Shown one piece after another: positions 39,130 to 46,787 of a DNA stretch of 64,000 nucleotides (position 1 is the stretch's first letter; every line of letters begins with the position of its first letter). Position numbers and translations under genes: made by a program. The notes below the pieces were generated by a model. That model was not told the origin of the DNA and searched no databases. It saw only the letters and a list, made by a program, of their open reading frames with translations. The DNA comes from a virus: the IMG/VR virus record IMGVR_UViG_3300025617_000013, positions 1-64,000 of that record; one strand, written 5' to 3'.

Positions 39130-40181
39130 TAGCATTATACCCAGGAGCTTACAAACCACCTCATAGAGGACATTTCAACGTAGTAAAATCTTTACTTGAC
39201 GGTTCATATAATGGTGCTGTATATAATAAAGATAATTATAAAGAAACCGGAGCTGAACTTCTTAAAGGTAAAAGAGAGAATAAACCTAAGATAAATAAAG
39301 TTATTATATTTGTAGGAGGCGGTGAGAGAAACGGTATAACTAAGGAAGAGTCGATGTCTATATGGAACATTTACGCTAAGTATTTAGGTAATGTTGAAAT
39401 TGTAGATGGACAGAAAAATCCAATGTTTGCTGCTAAGGATCACGCACAAGCAAATCCGAAAGAAGAATTTGTAGCGGTAACAGGGATTAGAGGTGAAAAA
39501 GATTTTGTAGATTTAAAAAGAGTTACCACTTTTAAGAATGCACCTAACGTTCAAGGATTAGCTTTAACAGCAGCACCGGGATCCGGAGTAAGAGCAACAG
39601 ATTTTAGGAATAATATACTCTCAGGTAATTTAGATAAAATTACCGACTTCTTTCCTGAAGAATTATCTAGAGAAGAAATACTTAATATATTAACAGATTT
39701 GAAAGACAAGATAGTAGCTGAAATTTTAGCTTCTAATATTGAAGGATTTGTAGAAGGTTATTTTAAAGAAACTGAAAGTATTGAAGAAGTTATACAAGAA
39801 CAACAGTCCGGCCCTCAATTAAAAGACTATATTACTTCTTTAACAGAGTATATGTTAGAATTAGGGATGAATATTACTCCACTACCGGAAGTTAAATTAA
39901 GAAGAGATGAAGCCAATGCTGCTAACTTTTTCGGTAGAACAGCATACTATGACCCTAATGCAAGAGAAGTAGTACTTTATATAACAGGTAGACACGATAA
40001 GGATATAGTAAGATCATATGCTCATGAAATGATTCATCATATGCAAAACCTTCAAGGTACCTTACACAATATACAAACTCAGGATACTAACGAAGATGAT
40101 AAGCTTTTAGAATTAGAAAAAGAAGCATATACGTTAGGTAATATTACTTTCCGTAACTGGGAAGATGGTTTAAAAAACTGA
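39126..40181 (+). CDS. HIGH-type nucleotidyltransferase fused to HExxH zinc-metallopeptidase-like domain
   Basis: PGAYKPPHRGH and RAT..R in the N-part; SYAHEMIHHMQ...EKEA in the C-part. Confidence 0.75.
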   Translation: MIALYPGAYKPPHRGHFNVVKSLLDGSYNGAVYNKDNYKETGAELLKGKRENKPKINKVIIFVGGGERNGITKEESMSIWNIYAKYLGNVEIVDGQKNPMFAAKDHAQANPKEEFVAVTGIRGEKDFVDLKRVTTFKNAPNVQGLALTAAPGSGVRATDFRNNILSGNLDKITDFFPEELSREEILNILTDLKDKIVAEILASNIEGFVEGYFKETESIEEVIQEQQSGPQLKDYITSLTEYMLELGMNITPLPEVKLRRDEANAANFFGRTAYYDPNAREVVLYITGRHDKDIVRSYAHEMIHHMQNLQGTLHNIQTQDTNEDDKLLELEKEAYTLGNITFRNWEDGLKN

Positions 40182-40189
40182 TAAAAAAG

Positions 40190-40220
40190 TTGGAAAATTG
40201 CATAAAAGTTCGTATATTAA
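40190..40220 (+). promoter_or_regulatory. early promoter TTG-N20-TATATTAA
   Basis: TTG 40190-40192, TATATTAA 40213-40220. Confidence 0.7.
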
Positions 40221-40250
40221 GTATGTTAATTAACGCTAAATAAAGGTTTT

Positions 40251-40841
40251 ATGAATACAAGTATTGTAGATTTATTAGAAGCTTATCCGCTTCCTGAACA
40301 AAAAGAAACTCCTCCATATAAGATTTACTGTGATATGGACGGTGTATTAACTGATTTCGAAAAAAGATTTCATGAAAAACTTAATGAAGTAGGTCCTGAT
40401 TATTATCCATTAAAAGATATTAAAAAGGTAGTTAAACCTAAAGACTTTGAAGCTATATTTGGTATTGAAGAATTTTGGAACTTTATAGACGGTATAGTAG
40501 GAATTGGTTTTTGGGTAGGTATGGATTGGATGCCTCAAGGAAAAGCACTATGGAACTTCATCTCTCCTTACAAACCAGAACTACTTACTTCTCCTTCAAG
40601 AGATAATGCTTCTAGATTAGGTAAAAATTTATGGGCTAAAAACCAACTAAGCCCTAAACCAAGAGTAATTTTCGCCTACTCTAAAGATAAACAGAGATAT
40701 GCTAATGCTAATAGTATATTAATAGACGACAAAAAATCAAATATTGAACAGTGGATAGCAAAAGGAGGAATCGCTTTTAGAGTTAAAGACGGTGACATCG
40801 GTCCTGTTATTCAAGGACTAAAAGAACTAGGTTATGAATGA
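40251..40841 (+). CDS. HAD-family 5'(3')-deoxyribonucleotidase
   Basis: IYCDMDGVLTDF, LLTSP, GK..W, ILIDD. Confidence 0.85.
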   Translation: MNTSIVDLLEAYPLPEQKETPPYKIYCDMDGVLTDFEKRFHEKLNEVGPDYYPLKDIKKVVKPKDFEAIFGIEEFWNFIDGIVGIGFWVGMDWMPQGKALWNFISPYKPELLTSPSRDNASRLGKNLWAKNQLSPKPRVIFAYSKDKQRYANANSILIDDKKSNIEQWIAKGGIAFRVKDGDIGPVIQGLKELGYE

Positions 40842-41409
40842 AAGCGCTCTTAAAAAAGAGTTTAACAGATCAGATGTAGAGAGGATAAGAAACTTAGTTA
40901 ATAAGGATTTTACGTCTGGTACTAAATCTCAATCTGGATATAAGAAAACTTCTAAAAGATATAAAGAAGGTGATGTTTGGGAAGAAGGTGGAAAACAATG
41001 GACCATTAAGAACGGCCTTAGACAGAACATTACTAAATTAGATGCAGCTAAAAAAGCAGCACAAGTACCATTAAAATGCCCTAAATGTAGCGGCTCAATG
41101 TCTTACCATCTCAGTAAAAAGATTTATAAGATAAACAAGATGTGTTTTAATTGTTTTATAGATTATGAAGCTGAATTAAGAAGAAATGGTCTTTACGAGG
41201 ATTACTTAATACACGCTAGAAAAGGTAACCTTAAATACTTTATTAAGGAACTAGAAGAAAAGTTTGCAGAAGCTTTAGAATACGACGATACTTTCGTAAC
41301 TGAACAAGGTGATATAGAGTCATGGAATACAAATAAAAGTATTAATCGAAATCAGATGACCGAAAAGTTTAAAGAATATATAAGTTACCTGAGAAGTAAG
41401 CTTGATTAG
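40834..41409 (+). CDS. zinc-finger hypothetical protein
   Basis: CPKC...CFNC. Confidence 0.7.
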   Translation: MNESALKKEFNRSDVERIRNLVNKDFTSGTKSQSGYKKTSKRYKEGDVWEEGGKQWTIKNGLRQNITKLDAAKKAAQVPLKCPKCSGSMSYHLSKKIYKINKMCFNCFIDYEAELRRNGLYEDYLIHARKGNLKYFIKELEEKFAEALEYDDTFVTEQGDIESWNTNKSINRNQMTEKFKEYISYLRSKLD

Positions 41410-41452
41410 TATATATTTATATTTATATACTACTTTATATTTTTAAAGCCTT

Positions 41453-41812
41453 ATGACACAAAAAGAACTGCTAGAATCAGTATTATCTGAGCTTGTACAT
41501 ATTAAGAAGCATATGCCAAACGGCGAGCTTAAAGCAATGCTTATAGATGTAAAAGACCTAAAAGAAGATATGTCTGACCTTAAATTTACACTACTTAACC
41601 CAGAAAATGGTGTGATAGTTAAGACAAATCAAAATACTGAATTCAGAAAATTCATGCAAGGAAACGAGAAAGAGTTTCAAGCCAAAATGATAGAGTTAGC
41701 AGAATTCAAAAGATGGAAAGAAGGAGTAAATAAAGCCCTTTGGATATTATTTACAGTACTTGCAGGTGTTGTAATTAAACTTTTATCTGAAGTCCTTAAA
41801 TCAGGAGCATAA
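41453..41812 (+). CDS. coiled-coil protein with C-terminal TM helix
   Basis: ALWILFTVLAGVVIKLL; TATTTATA at 41414/41420. Confidence 0.7.
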   Translation: MTQKELLESVLSELVHIKKHMPNGELKAMLIDVKDLKEDMSDLKFTLLNPENGVIVKTNQNTEFRKFMQGNEKEFQAKMIELAEFKRWKEGVNKALWILFTVLAGVVIKLLSEVLKSGA

Positions 41813-42366
41813 TGTCAAACACTAAAAAGAAGATACCTGCAGATATACAAGCTTTTATGAGGGAACTCATACAGGAATCTTTACGTGATTGGTTTAAAAA
41901 AGAAAAGTGGGTTAGAATATCGTCATCTGGTAATATAGCAGGTCCTTGCGGAACATCTAAAAATAAGAAGAATCCAGATAGATGCTTACCCAAAGCAAAG
42001 GCACAGAGTTTAACTAAAGGCCAAAGAGCCGCTACTGCAGCTAAGAAAAAGAAAGCAGGAGCTAAAGGTAAACAGGTAGTACCGAATACAAAAAAAGGAA
42101 AAGTAACAAAAGCATATGTTAGAGAAATGATACATCAAGTTATCATGGAAAAAGATGATAGATGTACTCGCATTGCTAAACGTAAATACGATACCTGGCC
42201 ATCAGCTTATGCTTCAGGAGCAGTAGTTAGATGTAGAAGAGGTGAAATCTGGAAAGGAGTAAAAGAAGAAACTCTTGATGAAATGAATTGCAAGTACGGT
42301 AAGTATTACTGCACAACCGATAAAAAATATAAGTGTAGAAAAGGACCTAAAAAGTCCAAAAATTAA
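41812..42366 (+). CDS. basic modular protein (three Cys/Lys-rich modules separated by (I/L)xE sites)
   Basis: SLRDWFKKEKWV...CLP; KYDTWPSAYASGAVVRCR; CKYGKYYC. Confidence 0.75.
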   Translation: MSNTKKKIPADIQAFMRELIQESLRDWFKKEKWVRISSSGNIAGPCGTSKNKKNPDRCLPKAKAQSLTKGQRAATAAKKKKAGAKGKQVVPNTKKGKVTKAYVREMIHQVIMEKDDRCTRIAKRKYDTWPSAYASGAVVRCRRGEIWKGVKEETLDEMNCKYGKYYCTTDKKYKCRKGPKKSKN

Positions 42367-42374
42367 ATAAAGAA

Positions 42375-42572
42375 ATGCCCGTAAAACTAAAACCCAGCAT
42401 TAAGCAGTACTTAAAAGATAAAAATGGTAAACAGACTAGTACCTGGGTGTGGGTACATTATACGGTGAAAAATACACCTACAGTTGAGTTGAAAAAGTAT
42501 TATGAAAATCCATCTTTTTCAAGAAAAAAACAAGTAATTAAAAGAGAATTAGAAAGAAGAAATGCCATTTAA
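42375..42572 (+). CDS. small basic hypothetical protein
   Basis: ORF track, coupled to the next gene. Confidence 0.65.
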   Translation: MPVKLKPSIKQYLKDKNGKQTSTWVWVHYTVKNTPTVELKKYYENPSFSRKKQVIKRELERRNAI

Positions 42573-42768
42573 AAAGTCACAATTAAGAGAGTTAGTATTA
42601 GAAGTTATGTACGAAGGAGTACATGACCCTGTTAAACCTGGCATTCTTAAAAAAAGACTCGGCAAACTTTCTTGCTCAAAAGTAAGATCAGCTAAATCTG
42701 GTCTCAAGAATAAAGGAACGCATTATGCTAAAGCGTTACAACGTTATTTAAATTATCATTGTCAATGA
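42562..42768 (+). CDS. small basic protein with CTS-like leader (KKSQLRELVLE)
   Basis: ORF track. Confidence 0.65.
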   Translation: MPFKKSQLRELVLEVMYEGVHDPVKPGILKKRLGKLSCSKVRSAKSGLKNKGTHYAKALQRYLNYHCQ

Positions 42769-43394
42769 AATTAACCAACAATAAGTTACACAGAAATGCA
42801 TATTTTTTAGATCCCACAGAAGAGATAGAGACTCTAAAAAATCCAAAGAGTGTAGACTTATTTGATCAAAACGGTTACCATTTGACAAAAGCAGAACAAG
42901 CTTTCTTAACTTACAACGGATATACCCCTATTGAAAGAAGACATGAAGATTGTCTAAGATACGATTGGCTAACTTGGGATAAGAGAGAAGGTGCACATAT
43001 TAATCATTCTGATTTATTCGAAAGAAAAGGATTCTACTCAACAGCTCTAGAACAAATTACAGCCATCGCTGAAGAATTTAATCCTATGTTATGGAAATTA
43101 GTTAAAATGAAACCTAAATGGGGAATAGATATTTCTATAGATTACACTTCTAAGGATGCTGTATTTGAAGTATTTCACTACGAATGGGATTCTTTTGACT
43201 TCTGTAAAGTTATGGAAAAAAAACAAGAGATCGAACAATTTGTTTTAAATCAAGATTGGGATGATGTAGCAAAAAAACTATGGAAGAAAAGAAATCAATG
43301 GTATGATTTAAATTTCTTTGAACAAACACAATGGAGAACAGATTATTTTGGATTATCCCCTGAAAAGTTTAAAAACGTTATTTGGGAAGATTAA
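42765..43394 (+). CDS. hypothetical protein (aromatic-rich)
   Basis: ORF track 42759; ATG at 42765 preferred. Confidence 0.75.
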   Translation: MKLTNNKLHRNAYFLDPTEEIETLKNPKSVDLFDQNGYHLTKAEQAFLTYNGYTPIERRHEDCLRYDWLTWDKREGAHINHSDLFERKGFYSTALEQITAIAEEFNPMLWKLVKMKPKWGIDISIDYTSKDAVFEVFHYEWDSFDFCKVMEKKQEIEQFVLNQDWDDVAKKLWKKRNQWYDLNFFEQTQWRTDYFGLSPEKFKNVIWED

Positions 43395-43433
43395 TCTATT
43401 TATTTATATAGCTATACAATAAAACACACTACG

Positions 43434-46400
43434 ATGACGTACGATGAAATTAAGCAACGGCTAGCACAGGTTGAAAACACATTGCAAACTATCAGCAATA
43501 CAGGAAAACCGGTATTAGTTAATTCATACACCGCTAAATCTTTAGAAAAACTAACTACTCTAAAAGAATCACTACAAAAACAATTAGCAGAAAAAGACGA
43601 GACTATGTTCATTTCTACCAAAGGAGGCGATACTAAAGCCGTTAAAATGGATAGAAAGACTGCCATGGATCTTAAAAAAGATCCTAACATTACAGGAATC
43701 GATACAGCAAAAGGTCAATCCTTAAAAGAAGTAGACAGATTAATTAAAAACTCAGGTGTAGAGTTTGATAAAAAGGAAGTAGCAATTGTTGCTAAATCTA
43801 CCGGTAAAGCATTAGCCATTGCATTAAAGAAAGCAGGTGATGAAATCGCTAGAATGAAAGCTATAAGATTGGATGTTAATAGTTTTGATGTAGAGGTAAC
43901 GTATAAAGGTGAAAACAGAGGCTATGATGAGTTTTCTTTTTATATTACCGATAACGAGTTACATCTAGTAGATTTTTCATTCGACAAAACACTAGTCCAA
44001 GTAGGTGTTAAGCCTTCAGGAGAACCAATCGTAAACGTGGATGTACTAGCAAATGAACTCTTAAAACACTTCAAATCTTTAAATGAGCAAGTAAACGAAG
44101 TAAACTACGATTATTACACTACCCCAAAACATTTTGATATCTGCCCAGGAGCTGAAACATTAAGAGATGAAGTTTTAGCAAGCGGTAAATCACCTGAAGA
44201 ATTAGGAGAATGGACCTTTAAACATGACGAATTATTTAGATTAGAAAAAGCAGTCTTAAAAGCAAATAAAGCTGACGAAAGACATGTTAAAGTAGCTAAA
44301 CAATTAGCAGGAGAAATTACTCACCTTTCTAGAGATTTAGGAATTGAAGCCAATAAAATAGGGTACTTAAAAGGGCACGTTAAGAAAATCGAAGATGTAG
44401 CTAACAAGACTGATGGACGTGGTGATAATATGTCATTAAGAAGCAGAGACATTTATGAAGGTGAAGGAGATGACCATCATTACATTAAAGTAAAATCACA
44501 TGATTATAAGAAGGCTATGGCTATCTTAGATCAAAACATAGATCCAACTTACGTAAAAACAGAAGTAGTTGACGACGACGGAGCAGGTAACGTAATTATT
44601 TACTTTATATTCAGACATGAATACGGATTCGACGATATGTACGATGATCCAGAAGGTAAAGAAAACCCAGAATTTTATCAAGAACCAGACGAAGATCCAA
44701 ATGCGTTTGTGTATGATGTAGTAATGGATTTACGAGCAAACGATATTGAACTAGCAGATCATTCAGCTGAAATGGATGAAGATTACGATCCAGATCAAGA
44801 GCAGAAACACGACGAAGAAGATCATGGAGTAGCATACGATGACGACGGAAGACCTCTAGGAGAGGATTTAGACGTTGGACATCAAGATGATGAGCCTAGT
44901 ATGTTAAAATCTTCTGCTTTCGAAACAGCTACCTATGCTGCTAAATTAGCAAAGAAATTAGCTCAATATGATCAAGTAGACGGAGAAGTAGATTTTCCTA
45001 ACTGGTGGCAAAAGAAATTAATATTAGCTAGAGACTATATGTCTGCAGCATATCACTACTTAGAATCAGAAGAAAAACAACCTCTTATTGATAAGTTAGC
45101 TTTAGAATCTGTTAGTGAAGTTTCTTTAAATAAGATACAAAAATCTTACGACCAGACAATTAGTATAATGAAAGATCTTGCTAAAAAATATAAGGCAGGA
45201 GACAAATCAGTAGTTGATCAATTAAAAACTTTAACTATAACAAAGAAAAAGTTAGAAAAGCAATTAGATGATAAAATATCTGGCTCAGGAAGGGATCAAG
45301 AATTAACTATTAATGAATCAGCATCTAGAGATTTAGATGAAATATTTGGAGCATTAGGATATAGACAGGGGTTTGATGAATTTATTGAAGATAACCCAGG
45401 ATGTGTAGAAGTAATAATGGAATGGATCGGAGGAATATCTGATTTTCAAGAAAAATTATCTCAAGAATACGATAATGAAGAGTTAGAAAATTTAGGATTT
45501 TACTTTGGCGATGATGATTATAACGAAGTAATTAGAGAGTCACTAAACCCAGAAGTATCCCAAGCAGTAAATCGTTTTATTAAAGCAATGGCTAAACGAT
45601 ATAGCTACAGCGAACAAGATGCTGTATTTGCTATCATGGCTGCTTTAAAACAAAGAAAATTTGATGGTTTAAATGAAGCTAATAATTTACTTAAACAAGA
45701 CGCATTATCACCTGCAGAATATCAAAAAGCTAAAAAATTAAAGGGATTTGATTCTAAAAATTATAAATGGGATAAAGATCAAGAACTTCATTTAATTAGA
45801 AAAATGAGTGAAGATTTAGATGTAGGTAAAAAACCTCTGAAAGAATTTACTGATAATAGTTTCAAAGGTTCAGAACTAATCGACGATGCTAATAGTAACG
45901 CACCTGATATGTTTGGTAAACAAATATTTGCAGATCTATTACCTAAAGGAGTAGCTAGTGAAAACGATGCAATTGAAGCTTTAAAGAAACATGATAAGAG
46001 TGGTATCAAAGCTAGAATGGGACAGTATGCTCCTATGTTTGTTCACGTTCAATACCATGAATTAGAGCATGAAGGTGAATACTATAGAATGCATCAAAGA
46101 CAATACTATAACAGTAACTTTAAAGATAGAGACCCAGACTTTAATCCTGCAGTATCTAAAATTACATTATTTAAGATTACTAAGAAAGCAGCAGATAGAC
46201 GTGATAAAGAAGAAAAAGAAGTGTTAGGAACTATACTAGTTAAAACAGATCAGTACGTACAAGATCTAAGAAACTTACCTGGATTAGGTAAGAGACATAT
46301 GGAAGAAGCTACTAGACAAGATTTAGGAATGGTATCATCTATATCTAAACGTAGAGCTAAAGCACACTTAAAGAACCCATCTAATGATGGATCTAAAGTA

Positions 46401-46784
46401 TACGGTTTAGATAAGGACGGCAAAAGAGTTCATATTAAAAATATCAACGACGTAGATAAATTTACAAAATTCGAAATTGATGCTGATTTAAAAGAAGCTA
46501 AAGGAGGTCAAATAATGCCTGGAGATTATGTTAAAAATCAACACGGTAATATTTACCAAAGAGTAGATGGAAAAGTCGGTAGACATGATGCTTATGTTAG
46601 AGTTACTAACGGCAAACCAGGTAAAAAGAAAACTGGCTTACATGACTCTTTTAAATTAACTTTAGTTAAGAAAGACGAATTAACTGAAGGAGCAACATGC
46701 TGCGGTAAATGCGGTAGAGTACATGTTAAAGGAAACTGTAAAAGACCTTTTTTAAAAGGAAAGTCTCACTGTAGAAATAAATAA
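43434..46784 (+). CDS. large acidic mosaic head-associated protein (putative polyprotein, 1116 aa)
   Basis: TATTTATA at 43401; many (I/L/M/V)xE junctions; modules shared with 46788. Confidence 0.75.
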   Translation: MTYDEIKQRLAQVENTLQTISNTGKPVLVNSYTAKSLEKLTTLKESLQKQLAEKDETMFISTKGGDTKAVKMDRKTAMDLKKDPNITGIDTAKGQSLKEVDRLIKNSGVEFDKKEVAIVAKSTGKALAIALKKAGDEIARMKAIRLDVNSFDVEVTYKGENRGYDEFSFYITDNELHLVDFSFDKTLVQVGVKPSGEPIVNVDVLANELLKHFKSLNEQVNEVNYDYYTTPKHFDICPGAETLRDEVLASGKSPEELGEWTFKHDELFRLEKAVLKANKADERHVKVAKQLAGEITHLSRDLGIEANKIGYLKGHVKKIEDVANKTDGRGDNMSLRSRDIYEGEGDDHHYIKVKSHDYKKAMAILDQNIDPTYVKTEVVDDDGAGNVIIYFIFRHEYGFDDMYDDPEGKENPEFYQEPDEDPNAFVYDVVMDLRANDIELADHSAEMDEDYDPDQEQKHDEEDHGVAYDDDGRPLGEDLDVGHQDDEPSMLKSSAFETATYAAKLAKKLAQYDQVDGEVDFPNWWQKKLILARDYMSAAYHYLESEEKQPLIDKLALESVSEVSLNKIQKSYDQTISIMKDLAKKYKAGDKSVVDQLKTLTITKKKLEKQLDDKISGSGRDQELTINESASRDLDEIFGALGYRQGFDEFIEDNPGCVEVIMEWIGGISDFQEKLSQEYDNEELENLGFYFGDDDYNEVIRESLNPEVSQAVNRFIKAMAKRYSYSEQDAVFAIMAALKQRKFDGLNEANNLLKQDALSPAEYQKAKKLKGFDSKNYKWDKDQELHLIRKMSEDLDVGKKPLKEFTDNSFKGSELIDDANSNAPDMFGKQIFADLLPKGVASENDAIEALKKHDKSGIKARMGQYAPMFVHVQYHELEHEGEYYRMHQRQYYNSNFKDRDPDFNPAVSKITLFKITKKAADRRDKEEKEVLGTILVKTDQYVQDLRNLPGLGKRHMEEATRQDLGMVSSISKRRAKAHLKNPSNDGSKVYGLDKDGKRVHIKNINDVDKFTKFEIDADLKEAKGGQIMPGDYVKNQHGNIYQRVDGKVGRHDAYVRVTNGKPGKKKTGLHDSFKLTLVKKDELTEGATCCGKCGRVHVKGNCKRPFLKGKSHCRNK

Positions 46785-46787
46785 GAT

